Below, piece after piece: positions 19,180-30,447 of a stretch of DNA of 64,000 bases. The notes below the pieces were generated by a model. That model searched no databases. It was not told where the DNA came from and saw only the letters and a program-made list of their open reading frames with translations. Made by a program: the position numbers and the translations under genes. Position 1 is the stretch's first letter, and every line of letters starts with the position of its first letter. Source of the DNA: Patescibacteria group bacterium (GTDB taxonomy: Bacteria > Patescibacteriota > Minisyncoccia > Phycocordibacterales > DATDWN01); contig JAZKJH010000004.1 in the NCBI GenBank assembly GCA_040384485.1, forward strand, positions 5,928 to 69,927. The letters run 5' to 3'.

Positions 19180-19824
19180 TTATTTTTTTAAAACTACACA
19201 CCACCCTATTGCATGTTTATGATTTGCAATACTTTTATCAAAACTATCCAACCAAATAGATCCTATTCCAATAACTTTTGCAAATTGATTAAAAATCCTT
19301 CCAAGCATTGGTTTTTTGTATAAATGTAATAAGTCTATAAAGTATCTGATGACCATTTGTGAAATAGTGCTAAAAAATCCCCCCCTTTGCTTACATTCCA
19401 CCACCGTAAAGCCAGCGTCACTAAAAAGTTGATTCAAACCAAATTTGGTATACCTATAGAAGTCATACGGTTCTTCATGAAGCTCGTTCATTTGCGGAAC
19501 AGTAACCAGGTCGTGTCCGCCAGCCCTTAAGACTCGATAAATCTCTTTTGCACATAAATGAGGTCGGGCTAGATGCTCGAATACTTGTGTGCAGACCACA
19601 GAGTCAAAATTATTATCAGAAAATGGAATATTCTCCGCAGAACCAACAACATCCACATTTGGTCCTTCTGCAACATCCATCTTGGTATAATTAGAGCATT
19701 TAAAGTGGTTACTGTATCTGTCATTACCCCCAGCACCCACATCCAAAACATCCCCTCTAATATAGTGAGACGCTTCAATTACCTGTTTTTTAAGTAAAAA
19801 CCTGTCTGGTTGAAAAATATACAT
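19180..19824 (-). CDS. Class I SAM-dependent methyltransferase (type 11-like)
   Basis: VLDVGAGGNDRYS motif I, and YRVLRAGGHDLVTVP. Confidence 0.65.
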   Translation of the reverse strand: MYIFQPDRFLLKKQVIEASHYIRGDVLDVGAGGNDRYSNHFKCSNYTKMDVAEGPNVDVVGSAENIPFSDNNFDSVVCTQVFEHLARPHLCAKEIYRVLRAGGHDLVTVPQMNELHEEPYDFYRYTKFGLNQLFSDAGFTVVECKQRGGFFSTISQMVIRYFIDLLHLYKKPMLGRIFNQFAKVIGIGSIWLDSFDKSIANHKHAIGWCVVLKK

Positions 19825-19836
19825 GGATTCTATTCA

Positions 19837-22278
19837 TTATTTCTTATACTCTAACCTTACATTATGCTGCCCAGAAGATAAAGGGAGGCTCATATATATA
19901 TAATTGGCCCTCTCTGGTACAACCCTCTCTCCATCTAGATACGCTTCCCAGTTTGGAAGCCAAGTATCTCCTATCAAAAATTGAACATCAATTGGAGTAT
20001 CGATAAAAAACTCTTTTATATCTCCTACTTTGGTTGGCTGAATTTCTTTTACAAAGGTTGACTTATACGTGCCAATGGTTTCACCTGACTCAACAACAAC
20101 CACTGGGTTTTCGGACTTTAAGATCACTTCAGCTTGTTCTAAGAACTTAGTATTTTGGGGAATACTTACGACCCGGTCAGTAATAAAATATCTAGGATAA
20201 GGATTTCTCAACTCGTAAATATATATAGGGGTTTTACATTCACCTAATTCGTCAAAGTATACTTGTATAAAATCACCATCAGTCACCTTATAAGTTGTTA
20301 AAATATATTTAACATTCATTGCTCTATAAATATTCTTCCTATCCACAATCTTCTTTGTTTTTTCCTCAAATGAAATATTCTCTCCAGACAAAACATGATC
20401 TGATGTCACTGCAAAACGTGACCCTACGAATCCTATCATTTCAGAAACTCTGACAGGGGCATATGGCTCGTAACCATCAGCACTCTCCAGTCCGTATAGA
20501 ATATGAAGATCTGGCTCAATCAATTCCCTCCTCAAAGCAAACTCTTCATTTGAAACATCCCAATTACCTAAATCTCTAAAACCACATCTAGTTGACTCAT
20601 TGTACATAGTCTCAGACATAAGTGGAGAGAAAATACGGAAAGGTGTTGAAGATTCGAGGGATTTAATAAACTCGGCAGTTTTTGGTGCATTAATAATTTC
20701 TGACTTCGGAACTCCGACGATCCTATGTACATACACTAAAGAAAAGTTACTGACAGCGATAAAGACGGCAAGGGAGGTAAATATAACGAATGACAACTTT
20801 TTAATATTTCTAATTAGGAAATAAGAAGCAATACCTGCTGAAATTAAAATGATGATACTGTAATTAAATATATAAAACTGATCAAGAGATTGATTTAAAT
20901 ATGTGTTAATAATTTTTTGATAGTGCTCAATCGGAAAACCTCCTGTCGTTTCACTGTATAAATTATTTATAAAGTAATCTCCTAAAAAAGTTTCTATTTT
21001 TTCAAAAAATAAAATATTTACAAATGAGAATAGTGTAATTAGTGGCAGGAAAACCCAAAGAAACCCTCGCTTTATCCACAAAGTCATCCTTTCAATCTTT
21101 GGATATAATTCCTCTCTATTCCTCCACAAAGCGTCCAAAGTCATAGCCACAACAACTCCGAAAGCAAAGTCCCCGATAAACATCACTCTAAAAGTTTCCC
21201 TGAACGAATCAAAAAATGGAAGCTGGTGTAGTATAAAAGCTAAAGGTGAATACTGGACAGACAAAGTGAAACAAGAAACCAGGGTCCAAAAGAAAAAATT
21301 AAAGTATGGAGTTTTTTTTAAGTGCCTCCAGTTTGCAAAAGTCATTGCAAAAACAAAAAGCTGCAAAATCCCGACATAATTTTGAAAGCTTTGTGATAAC
21401 GATATGTATGGGAACTTAAACCAAGGTAAAAAATAATAAATTAGATGGTGTGGCCCGTATGCATAGGCTGTTGCCTGACTGAGGGAGACACCCTCAGATC
21501 TTGCGGTCATGGGTAAAAAGTCCAAAACAGCTTTAATTTGAGGCCACCCTTCTATCAAAGAAATTAATACAACTAGTACAAATAGACCAAACTCTAAAAA
21601 TAGAACTCTGAATATTGATCCATTGAGACTTCGTTTATAAACAAGATATAGCCAGAATGAAAAAGTTAAAACATAAAGGTAAACTAAAAATTGAACATGC
21701 CCAGAAAGCCAACCATAACCCAAAACTAAACCTAGTAGGATACATAAAAATACTCTCTTTAAAACTTTCGAGTCAACGATATGGTCCACCAAATACAAAG
21801 ACAATGGCATCAAAAAATAATAATTAGTAATTATTATTGTCTCAGACCACAACATCACTTGGCCAGCAAAAATAAAAGTTGTAGCACCAAATATTGAAGA
21901 AAAATGACTCACTCCTAAACGTCTGATAAATAGGTACGAAAAAACATAAGCCAGAATCATATAAGTAACATCAAGAAATCTCAAAACATCAAAAGCATCC
22001 ATAAAAGAAAGGAGTGCTTGGTTGATAGGGTTAAACCAAGTTGAGGAGATCGAAACATACACTGGAAATCCGGATAAAATGGACTTGCTAATTAACTCTG
22101 TTGAGCTCGAAAGGAAGTTAAAGTATGGTGAATAGGTTAAAAGGAAATCTAAATGTGAAAAAACCTTTGATTGAAAAATAACTTCTCTAAAAACTAATAA
22201 AATCGCCAGGACGGGAGCTAAAAAAATAATAAATTTCGTGGCTCCCTCAAAACTACAAACTTTAGAAAACTTCTTCAT
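19837..22278 (-). CDS. Large polytopic membrane protein, YfhO/GT-C-like putative glycosyltransferase
   Basis: 813 aa. More than 12 TM segments in the N-terminal two thirds, plus a C-terminal soluble beta-rich domain, an architecture typical of YfhO/GT-C enzymes. Confidence 0.4.
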   Translation of the reverse strand: MKKFSKVCSFEGATKFIIFLAPVLAILLVFREVIFQSKVFSHLDFLLTYSPYFNFLSSSTELISKSILSGFPVYVSISSTWFNPINQALLSFMDAFDVLRFLDVTYMILAYVFSYLFIRRLGVSHFSSIFGATTFIFAGQVMLWSETIIITNYYFLMPLSLYLVDHIVDSKVLKRVFLCILLGLVLGYGWLSGHVQFLVYLYVLTFSFWLYLVYKRSLNGSIFRVLFLEFGLFVLVVLISLIEGWPQIKAVLDFLPMTARSEGVSLSQATAYAYGPHHLIYYFLPWFKFPYISLSQSFQNYVGILQLFVFAMTFANWRHLKKTPYFNFFFWTLVSCFTLSVQYSPLAFILHQLPFFDSFRETFRVMFIGDFAFGVVVAMTLDALWRNREELYPKIERMTLWIKRGFLWVFLPLITLFSFVNILFFEKIETFLGDYFINNLYSETTGGFPIEHYQKIINTYLNQSLDQFYIFNYSIIILISAGIASYFLIRNIKKLSFVIFTSLAVFIAVSNFSLVYVHRIVGVPKSEIINAPKTAEFIKSLESSTPFRIFSPLMSETMYNESTRCGFRDLGNWDVSNEEFALRRELIEPDLHILYGLESADGYEPYAPVRVSEMIGFVGSRFAVTSDHVLSGENISFEEKTKKIVDRKNIYRAMNVKYILTTYKVTDGDFIQVYFDELGECKTPIYIYELRNPYPRYFITDRVVSIPQNTKFLEQAEVILKSENPVVVVESGETIGTYKSTFVKEIQPTKVGDIKEFFIDTPIDVQFLIGDTWLPNWEAYLDGERVVPERANYIYMSLPLSSGQHNVRLEYKK

Positions 22279-22283
22279 AAAAT

Positions 22284-23423
22284 TTATTTAACACCGTAGT
22301 AATCATTAATTAATTTTGCCTGAGAACGGATATCATGTTTTTCAGCCCAATTTTTGCAATCCTCAACTTTTATAGCTTTATTATCGATTATTGAATGAAT
22401 CCTTTCAGCAACATCTTCTGCTTTAAATGGATCTACTACATATCCACTTACCCCTTCGAAAATCGCATCTACTGCACCAGAATTTAAGGACCCTATTGTT
22501 GGGACACCATATGCATTGGCCTCAAGATACACAAGCCCGAAGCCCTCTACCGAGAATCCGTCTTGTATTGGTAACATCAAAAAAAGATCTGAATTGGCAT
22601 ATAAATACTTCAACTGCGACTCAGTCACCTTACCTAGCACCTTCACTTCTTTTTCAAGACCAAGTTCGCTTATTTTATGTGTGACTTGTTTTAGATATAT
22701 ATCATTATCCTTATAAGGACCGGCAATATTATACACAAAATCAGACCCATATTTATCCTTATACTTCTTTATAGCCTGTAGGGACTCAAGAACACCTTTT
22801 CTATTTTTTATTGCGCCTACAAATAAAATAGATTTGATGCTTGTATCCTTTGTCTCAGTTAGTTCATGTGAAAAGTTTTCTAAATCAATCCCGTTTGCGA
22901 CGACTACAATTTTACTTTGATCAAACTCTACTCCATAAAAATCTTTATACTGTCTTAGTAGATATTGCTTAGTGAAAAAACTAACGGAAATGATGGCATT
23001 AAGCTTCTTATAAGCCTTTTTTATTAACACACCCGAAATAAAATTTTTTATCCTTTCTCTTACAAAAATACTTGGAATAAAGGAATAAGTACCATGAGCA
23101 GTCAAAAAAACCTTGGTAGAAGGACTAATTCTAAGAAAAGGTAGGATCATCACATATGGTTCAGCAATAAAATGGACCGCGTCTGGCCTAAATGAATTTA
23201 TTATCTTTTGAACCCTCAAACAAGAAGAAAATATTTTAAATGGACTTACGATACTGTGGGCTGAATGTAGTATCTTATTTTGAGAAACTTTTGACTCCTT
23301 ATACGGCTCAAAACATGCAACCAGAACCGTATTATTTTTTGAAATCTCATTAATAATACCACTACTGTACCTACCCCAACCATCTTTTGGCTCTAAACTA
23401 CTTGTAATATAGAGTATCTTCAT
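22284..23423 (-). CDS. Glycosyltransferase family 4
   Basis: MKILYITSS start, C-terminal EGFGLVYLEANAYGVPTIG (the GT1 E-x7-E region). Confidence 0.7.
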   Translation of the reverse strand: MKILYITSSLEPKDGWGRYSSGIINEISKNNTVLVACFEPYKESKVSQNKILHSAHSIVSPFKIFSSCLRVQKIINSFRPDAVHFIAEPYVMILPFLRISPSTKVFLTAHGTYSFIPSIFVRERIKNFISGVLIKKAYKKLNAIISVSFFTKQYLLRQYKDFYGVEFDQSKIVVVANGIDLENFSHELTETKDTSIKSILFVGAIKNRKGVLESLQAIKKYKDKYGSDFVYNIAGPYKDNDIYLKQVTHKISELGLEKEVKVLGKVTESQLKYLYANSDLFLMLPIQDGFSVEGFGLVYLEANAYGVPTIGSLNSGAVDAIFEGVSGYVVDPFKAEDVAERIHSIIDNKAIKVEDCKNWAEKHDIRSQAKLINDYYGVK

Positions 23424-23433
23424 ATAAGGAATA

Positions 23434-25107
23434 CTAAGGCAAAATTTCAAAAATAGCTAGATTAGAATCGTTGTATACCTCCTTTATCAAAACCTCTTTC
23501 GATAAGGAAACGTTGGATGAACTTCTTAGATCCATTATCAGATACTTTACGTTGTATTTCTTCAGCCAAAAAGAAACATTATTTTTTATATCATTATTAA
23601 ACCTATCTTCCATATCAATAAATACGTCCTGCATGACTGGACCTTTTAAAGCCTTACCGGCCCCGCCAAATAACTTTACATCCTTCTCAAAATCATACCT
23701 ACTCATATCCCCAAACATAACCCTGGAAACTAAATATCTATCTTCAAGTTCCCTATCGGAGACCATCTGCAGAGCACCGGACGGATGAAACAGTACATAA
23801 TGTTGAGTCATTATAGGAATATAACCTGATATTCTATCATCAGCCCAAACAACAGAAGGACTCGATATATTATCTTTTAGCCATTTCAATCCCCCTGCGT
23901 AACCTTGAATATTTATTGAGTCCATTTTATCCATCCTAAAAAAAATAAAAGCTCTTGGGATATTCCTATACATCGCAAAAAAACAAAGTAAAATTAATCC
24001 TCCTAAAATAATCTTTTTATATGCATTAATTCCAGATACACTACTTCTGTAGCTTTTAATTAAAATAGACAAGTAAACAAAAAAAGTTAAAGGAAACCAC
24101 CATGTTATAAAACGTCCAATATGGTTTGATAACTCCAGCTCCTTACCTGTGACAACATTACTTCCAGCTGTAATGAGAAGTGCAGCCCCTGTTATAAAAA
24201 AGAAGTGGTGGGTTCTTATGTTGTCGTTTGATTGGAAACTTGAAATCCATTTTTTAGACAAAAACCAAAGAAACAGAATTATTACAACCCATCTTCCATA
24301 GAAAAATAAATCCATTCTTGGTATATGCGTAGAGAGAAGTCCAATTCTATGTATGGTCTCTGGATATGATGAATTAGATACTTGTAAATAGGTCACAAAC
24401 AAAAAAGGCACAGAGAATACTAGTATAAATAAAAGTAGCTTAAACAAACGTTTAAACGATAGCCAGTCTTTAAGAATCAACAAATTAACCAAAACTAGTG
24501 CAAAAGTAAAAAATACTATTTGGGCTAAGTAAGTATATATGTATATACAATACAAACTTGAAATAATCAGAAATATAGTTTTTTTCTTATTTGTTCTATC
24601 ATTACTCCAAACAAATAAACACAAGAGAAACAGCGCATAGCCAGGAAATATAACCTGCATAGCGACTGGACGAACAAATAGCCAAAAAACTTGTAAATAA
24701 GTCAGGAAAGAAAAAATAGAACTTTGAACTTCACTCACATCCAGACGTCTAAATAAAAAGTATAGTATTAAAACAAAAATTTCAGACCAAAAAATTATGT
24801 TGAACACAACACCAAAAGTAAAGGATAGGTTCAAAATAAATGGAATAGAAGCAAACCAATCGCTAAAAAAGAAAGCTGGTGAAATAGACTGCTTATGTTC
24901 AATAAAATACGGGTTTCCTATAAGAGGATTGCCACGAACAACATCTTGGACTCTGGCATAGTAATAAGAACTATCTTCAATATAATCTGGAATTATCCCC
25001 CGCCATTCTGTACCCACAGCATTCTTAATGTGAAATACTGGAATCAAAGATGTTAAAAAAACCAGCCCAAGTAAAATATATAAATAAAAATTATGATTTT
25101 TTTTCAT
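23434..25107 (-). CDS. Polytopic membrane protein (putative GT-C-like transferase)
   Basis: 557 aa, about 12 TM segments, C-terminal soluble domain. Confidence 0.4.
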   Translation of the reverse strand: MKKNHNFYLYILLGLVFLTSLIPVFHIKNAVGTEWRGIIPDYIEDSSYYYARVQDVVRGNPLIGNPYFIEHKQSISPAFFFSDWFASIPFILNLSFTFGVVFNIIFWSEIFVLILYFLFRRLDVSEVQSSIFSFLTYLQVFWLFVRPVAMQVIFPGYALFLLCLFVWSNDRTNKKKTIFLIISSLYCIYIYTYLAQIVFFTFALVLVNLLILKDWLSFKRLFKLLLFILVFSVPFLFVTYLQVSNSSYPETIHRIGLLSTHIPRMDLFFYGRWVVIILFLWFLSKKWISSFQSNDNIRTHHFFFITGAALLITAGSNVVTGKELELSNHIGRFITWWFPLTFFVYLSILIKSYRSSVSGINAYKKIILGGLILLCFFAMYRNIPRAFIFFRMDKMDSINIQGYAGGLKWLKDNISSPSVVWADDRISGYIPIMTQHYVLFHPSGALQMVSDRELEDRYLVSRVMFGDMSRYDFEKDVKLFGGAGKALKGPVMQDVFIDMEDRFNNDIKNNVSFWLKKYNVKYLIMDLRSSSNVSLSKEVLIKEVYNDSNLAIFEILP

Positions 25108-25108
25108 G

Positions 25109-26854
25109 TTATTTTACTTTATATATAACCAAATCCACACCAGTATAAACTTGTTCAAAAAGATGTTCATTAAATGACCAGTTTGGGTTCATCATTTGGT
25201 CCCAGACTAAATAATCCAACTTATACATACCAAATATCTCCTCCCAAGGCTTATTATAGAAATCTTCATACATTTTCTTCATACCATCTGGATATATTCC
25301 TGTCATATAGTCTCGCAATAATATATTAACCTCCTCGTATTCGTAACCTCTATTGTTTTTTGTTTCAGGTTTATTCACAACAGGAGGATGAAAATATGAT
25401 TCATTTTTTATATCAGTTGGTTTTACACCGTTAAGACGCAAATATAAAAATAACGCGTACTTAGTTCTATCAACAGGTGTTAAGTATGCTAATGTAAAAT
25501 AATTCCAAGAAACATCTGTTGTAGTATAAGCTGGGATTTTCAGTGATAACTCATTATTGGCCAAAACCACATCATTCTTTTCACTATTTTCATTTAGCCA
25601 TTGAAACACATTTGCATATCTTTGCTCCTTAAATACTTGTGATGACCAGTCATTATAAAAGTTATACTGACCTGATATGGAAACAATAAAAGATAGAACA
25701 ATAAAAATTATTGGAATAGAAAGATATAAAAATTTATATCTCTTTTCAAAAAGCTTATGACCAACCCAAAAAAGAACCATGATATATATCGGGGTATTAA
25801 AATACCAGTGATAATGCCCCTCTTGAACACTAATCCCTGTTATAACTTGTTGGTTTATAACAACAAAAGCTGTCAAAAGGGTTGAAGTTAAAAAATACTC
25901 ATTTACCCCCTTCTCTCTCCACTTAAAAAACATATAGATACCGAAGATAACTAGGACCAAGACCCCCAGTACACTGAAAACTGGAGTTCGACTATTTACA
26001 ACATTTGAAATTGGTGCCAAATAAACATAGTTCTCGTGCAGCAAGAGTTTAACTAAATTAATTATTGCAAGGGATCCAATTAAGATACCCGCGATCATAG
26101 CTGCAACTATTCCAAACGCATCTCTATTTCTTTTACAAAGCAAAAAAAGGATAAAACATACTACATTTATAGCGATAAAAAAAGTAAAAGTATAAAAATA
26201 TATGTAGAATGAAAATCCTAAAAATAAAGCAAGAGCTACCGATAATTTATTGCTGGGCTTTCTAAAAACAGATAGCAACAAATGCAAATAACCAACAAAA
26301 AAAATGCTGCTGAATGCAGGGTTCACTGGCCTTGCATACATATTTGCAGGAAAGTTTTGAAAATTAAAAAATAGAATATCTTTAATCCCACTAGATGTTA
26401 AAACCGTATACCCAAGAATTGTGGTAATAGAAAAGCCAAGTGACCAAAGTTTATCCTGGGTAATCCTAAACATTAAAAAATAGAACGCTAAACACAAAAT
26501 GATTGGTAAAATAAACTTATATATTAGATTGACGCTAGGCACCGAACCAACTCCGAATACTAAGGGTAGGGAGAGAAGTGACTCAGATATTGTAAAAGAG
26601 GACGATGGAGAGAGCCCCTTACCTTCAAACAAAAAGGGGTTATTTAAACTTCTAAAATCCAAAAACTCCTGCATCCTAGCTAGATAATGCTCCTCGGCGT
26701 CCATCTTCATTATATAAATGCCATTATATTCTTCTCCAAGGTTAACCACGGTAATAACCTGAGGGAATACCATCACAAAGCCCACCAAAACAGAGAGCGT
26801 AAAAGCCCAGACGTGATCTCGTAGAGTATTAATAATTTTATCTTTTATATACAT
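25109..26854 (-). CDS. Polytopic membrane protein (putative GT-C-like transferase)
   Basis: About 580 aa, multiple TM segments, C-terminal soluble domain. Start chosen at M13 to avoid overlapping the upstream gene. Confidence 0.4.
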   Translation of the reverse strand: MYIKDKIINTLRDHVWAFTLSVLVGFVMVFPQVITVVNLGEEYNGIYIMKMDAEEHYLARMQEFLDFRSLNNPFLFEGKGLSPSSSFTISESLLSLPLVFGVGSVPSVNLIYKFILPIILCLAFYFLMFRITQDKLWSLGFSITTILGYTVLTSSGIKDILFFNFQNFPANMYARPVNPAFSSIFFVGYLHLLLSVFRKPSNKLSVALALFLGFSFYIYFYTFTFFIAINVVCFILFLLCKRNRDAFGIVAAMIAGILIGSLAIINLVKLLLHENYVYLAPISNVVNSRTPVFSVLGVLVLVIFGIYMFFKWREKGVNEYFLTSTLLTAFVVINQQVITGISVQEGHYHWYFNTPIYIMVLFWVGHKLFEKRYKFLYLSIPIIFIVLSFIVSISGQYNFYNDWSSQVFKEQRYANVFQWLNENSEKNDVVLANNELSLKIPAYTTTDVSWNYFTLAYLTPVDRTKYALFLYLRLNGVKPTDIKNESYFHPPVVNKPETKNNRGYEYEEVNILLRDYMTGIYPDGMKKMYEDFYNKPWEEIFGMYKLDYLVWDQMMNPNWSFNEHLFEQVYTGVDLVIYKVK

Positions 26855-26855
26855 T

Positions 26856-27581
26856 TTATTTTTTAGCAACAACCACACACGAAACCCCAAATGGAAACGT
26901 GACGAAATTAAGCAAAAAAAGTTCCGATCTGAAAATAAAATACAACATTGAATTCAATAAGCCACTTCCAGTATGATTCTCAGATGAGATTTTTAATCTA
27001 AACAAGTTTGTAATAAATCTAGCTAGCAAGATAGGTGGAAAAAGTAAGAAGTTGAAATAGGAAGAGTATAAAACCTTAAAATTCGTACTTTCTGCAGCCC
27101 TAATTATCTCAGGCTTGGTATATCTTCTAAAATGCTGACTAACAACATCCGTCACTCCCCATAGAAAACTAAATGCCGGCACAAAAATAATAACTACTCC
27201 GCCTGGTTTAAGAACTCTGTATATTTCTGAAAGCCCTTTTTTATCATCAGGGATATGTTCCAAAACATCCAAGGCTAAAACTAAATCAAAGGTTTTGTCC
27301 TCATGAAGGAGTTCTTCCATGATACTTCTTTTTATATTTTTAATACCTCTACTTTTACAGAAATCTACAGCTTGTTCTGAAAAATCTACACCGAACACCT
27401 CGCCATAAACTTCTAACTCTTTCATTAAGGCACCGGTACCGCAGCCAACATCAAGAATGCTCAAATCATTACGACCTGCAAAATACTCATTTATTAATTT
27501 ATGCACGAATTCTCTCCTTACTCTATACCACCAGTGAGTTTTTTCAGAATCGTAAAGTGTTTGATAATGATTAATTTGCAT
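26856..27581 (-). CDS. Class I SAM-dependent methyltransferase
   Basis: ILDVGCGTGALMKEL motif I, and LKPGGVVII. Confidence 0.65.
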   Translation of the reverse strand: MQINHYQTLYDSEKTHWWYRVRREFVHKLINEYFAGRNDLSILDVGCGTGALMKELEVYGEVFGVDFSEQAVDFCKSRGIKNIKRSIMEELLHEDKTFDLVLALDVLEHIPDDKKGLSEIYRVLKPGGVVIIFVPAFSFLWGVTDVVSQHFRRYTKPEIIRAAESTNFKVLYSSYFNFLLFPPILLARFITNLFRLKISSENHTGSGLLNSMLYFIFRSELFLLNFVTFPFGVSCVVVAKK

Positions 27582-27585
27582 AATT

Positions 27586-29442
27586 CTAATTTCTTATATA
27601 CTTATTATACCAAAGTTGAAAAACTAAAAGATTCCATACTTTCTTTCTATTATCCATCTTTCCATCAAAATGGTCGTGTAAAAGCCTATCTATGTACTTA
27701 TGATTAAAAATACCTGTACTCTCAATATTCTGTTTGGACAAGGTCTCTAATACAAAATCCTTCAAATCTCGCTTAATCCAGGCTGAAATAGGAATACCGA
27801 AACCTTTTTTACCTCTGTTTATAATGGACGGGGGTAACTTACCTGACATTAATTTTTTAAGAATAAATTTAGTCATCAATCCTTTGATTTTATAGCTATA
27901 CGGTAAGGAATTAGCGAACTCGACAATTTTATAATCCAAAAATGGTGAGCGGGTTTCGAGAGATGCTTTCATACTAGCCCTATCTACCTTTACCAAGACT
28001 TCGTCCATCATATATGTTTTCATATAGGTAGCTAAAAGTTTGTTGTCTTCCTCTTGAATAGCTATACCATCTTCAACTGACTCCACCCACTTAGTTAATG
28101 GAAAGATTTCGTTGTTGTTAATCAACAAATCTTTTAACTCATTGCCGTCAAATGTACCTAACCATTTTTGATGCATAACAAACTTGTTTGAATCCAAACC
28201 ACCTACAAATTTCCCCAATTTAAAACCTAAACCAAAATTTTTATCATTTGAAGGAATAGAATAAATCACTCTTTTTAAAAATGCCTGGATAAGTTGAGGT
28301 AACTTCATATACCAAATTGCCACCTTGTCAGCTTGGAAGGTTGGATATCCAGCAAACAACTCATCTCCCCCATCACCACCTAGTGCAACTGTTACAGAAT
28401 TTTTCGTAAACTTCGACAGTAAATATGTAGGCACAATTGACGCATCCGCCATCGGTTCATCTAAAATATCACTTATATTCTTTATTAAATCTAAAGCTTC
28501 ACTTTCTCTAAAAAATACATGATGATGTTCCGTTCCAAGATGCTCTGACACTGCTTTGGCATACTGTGACTCATCAAAACTCTTTTCATCAAATCCTACA
28601 GAAAATGTATGGACTTTCTCTTTACTGCTTTTCTGTGCATAGTAAGCAATGGTAGAACTATCCAGTCCCCCACTCAAAAATACACCTAGAGGAACATCTG
28701 ACACCATGCGACTTTTAACACTGTTGTGAAGTAATGCATCTAATTTTGAAACTGCATTCTTGAAACTGATGTCTGACACAGAGCCTTCCATTTTCCAAAA
28801 AGTATCTTTACTCAACGAACCATCTTTGCATGTCAAAATAGTTCCAGGCTCTAACTTAAATACATTCTTATATATTGTTCTAGGTGTGGGCACATAGTCA
28901 GTTTGTAAATACAAACTCAAAGACTGCATATCTATCTCCTTTTTAAATAGTGGGTGTTGTACTAAAGACTTTAACTCTGACCCGAACAAAATTGTATCTC
29001 CATATTTAGCCCAATAAAGTGGTTTTTTGCCAAGTCTGTCTCTAACAAGTAGCAACTTTTTTTCCTCAAAATCGTACAGGGCCATGGCAAACATACCATT
29101 TAGCATTTCAAAGCATCTGTCTTTATACTTTTTGTATAGAGCGATAATTACTTCTGTGTCCGATGTTCCCAAAAAATCATATTCACCCGATAAACCAGCT
29201 CTTAGTTCTTTAAAGTTATATATCTCACCGTTGAAAACTATTCCCACCTTCTTATCGCTTGAGAACATAGGTTGGTGTCCTGTATCGCTCAAATCGATAA
29301 TACTTAGCCTCCTGTGTCCGAGACCAACACCATCTTCATAAAAAACACCGCTGCTGTCAGGTCCTCGGTGAACCAAGACATCCGTCATTTTTTTTAAGTC
29401 CTCTTGTGCGCCCGCTCCAACAAAACCAGCTATTCCGCACAT
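27586..29442 (-). CDS. asnB: Asparagine synthetase (glutamine-hydrolysing)
   Basis: N-terminal MCGIAGFVG Ntn nucleophile, SGGLDSS PP-loop, length 618 aa. Confidence 0.85.
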   Translation of the reverse strand: MCGIAGFVGAGAQEDLKKMTDVLVHRGPDSSGVFYEDGVGLGHRRLSIIDLSDTGHQPMFSSDKKVGIVFNGEIYNFKELRAGLSGEYDFLGTSDTEVIIALYKKYKDRCFEMLNGMFAMALYDFEEKKLLLVRDRLGKKPLYWAKYGDTILFGSELKSLVQHPLFKKEIDMQSLSLYLQTDYVPTPRTIYKNVFKLEPGTILTCKDGSLSKDTFWKMEGSVSDISFKNAVSKLDALLHNSVKSRMVSDVPLGVFLSGGLDSSTIAYYAQKSSKEKVHTFSVGFDEKSFDESQYAKAVSEHLGTEHHHVFFRESEALDLIKNISDILDEPMADASIVPTYLLSKFTKNSVTVALGGDGGDELFAGYPTFQADKVAIWYMKLPQLIQAFLKRVIYSIPSNDKNFGLGFKLGKFVGGLDSNKFVMHQKWLGTFDGNELKDLLINNNEIFPLTKWVESVEDGIAIQEEDNKLLATYMKTYMMDEVLVKVDRASMKASLETRSPFLDYKIVEFANSLPYSYKIKGLMTKFILKKLMSGKLPPSIINRGKKGFGIPISAWIKRDLKDFVLETLSKQNIESTGIFNHKYIDRLLHDHFDGKMDNRKKVWNLLVFQLWYNKYIRN

Positions 29443-29443
29443 C

Positions 29444-30391
29444 TTATTTAAAATTTATCTTACTTTTTATAATGTAAGGTTTTTTTCCTTGAGACTCGTA
29501 GTATGTTCTCATTAAAATCTCAGCGAGTATTCCCATCACCACCAACTGAACACCAACAATAACAAACAGAGCTGAAAAAACTGGTAATGGAGTCTGAACA
29601 AAATCTTTGTAACCAACTATTTTGAAAATTAATGACAGTGTACCTGAAATAGCTCCAACACCTAGTGAAATGAAGCCAATTCCCCCAAAAAAATGCATGG
29701 GTCTATTCATATATTTGTCCAAAAACTTTATAACAATAAGATCTAACAAGACCTTAAAAGTCCGCCCAATACCGTAATTACTTTTTCCGTGAATTCTTGG
29801 TCTCTGGTTAACAACTATCTCAGTAACCTTTGCGCCACGCCAAAATGCATATGCAGGAATAAATCTGTGCATTTCTCCGTATAAATTTGTATTCTCTAAC
29901 ACCTCCTTTTTATATGCCTTCAGTATACAACCATAATCATGTAGTTTTATGCCTGTGATTTTTGATATAAACCAGTTAGCTACAACTGAAGGTAACTTTC
30001 TTTTAATAAACTGTTTCTTCCATCTGTCTTTTCTCCAACCAGATACAACATCAAACCCTTCATGTATTTTTTCAACCAGTTTTGGTATATCGTTTGGGTC
30101 GTTTTCTAGATCACTGTCGATAGTAATAATCACATCCCCTTCAGCACTTTCGATTCCTGCGGATAAAGCACTTGTTTGACCTTTATTTACTTGGAAATTT
30201 ATTACCTTTATACGAGAGTTGTCTTTTGCCAAACTCTGCAAAACTGTAAAGGAGTCGTCTTTTGAACCGTCGTTTACGGCAATTATCTCGTATTGCAAGG
30301 TAAGTTTATTTAAAACAGCTTCAAGTTCTCCTACTAAAATAGGTATATTTTTTGACTCGTTATAGACAGGAGTGACAACAGATATTTTCAT
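29444..30391 (-). CDS. GT2 polyprenol-phosphate glycosyltransferase (GtrB/ArnC/DPM1-like) with C-terminal TM anchor
   Basis: ISVVTPVYNE ... AVNDGSKD ... IDSDLEN (DxD), then two C-terminal TM helices. Confidence 0.75.
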   Translation of the reverse strand: MKISVVTPVYNESKNIPILVGELEAVLNKLTLQYEIIAVNDGSKDDSFTVLQSLAKDNSRIKVINFQVNKGQTSALSAGIESAEGDVIITIDSDLENDPNDIPKLVEKIHEGFDVVSGWRKDRWKKQFIKRKLPSVVANWFISKITGIKLHDYGCILKAYKKEVLENTNLYGEMHRFIPAYAFWRGAKVTEIVVNQRPRIHGKSNYGIGRTFKVLLDLIVIKFLDKYMNRPMHFFGGIGFISLGVGAISGTLSLIFKIVGYKDFVQTPLPVFSALFVIVGVQLVVMGILAEILMRTYYESQGKKPYIIKSKINFK

Positions 30392-30447
30392 ATATTCATA
30401 CTATAAGGGTTTTCTGCCAAAGAATCCAGTTTTTGATTATTCCTTTT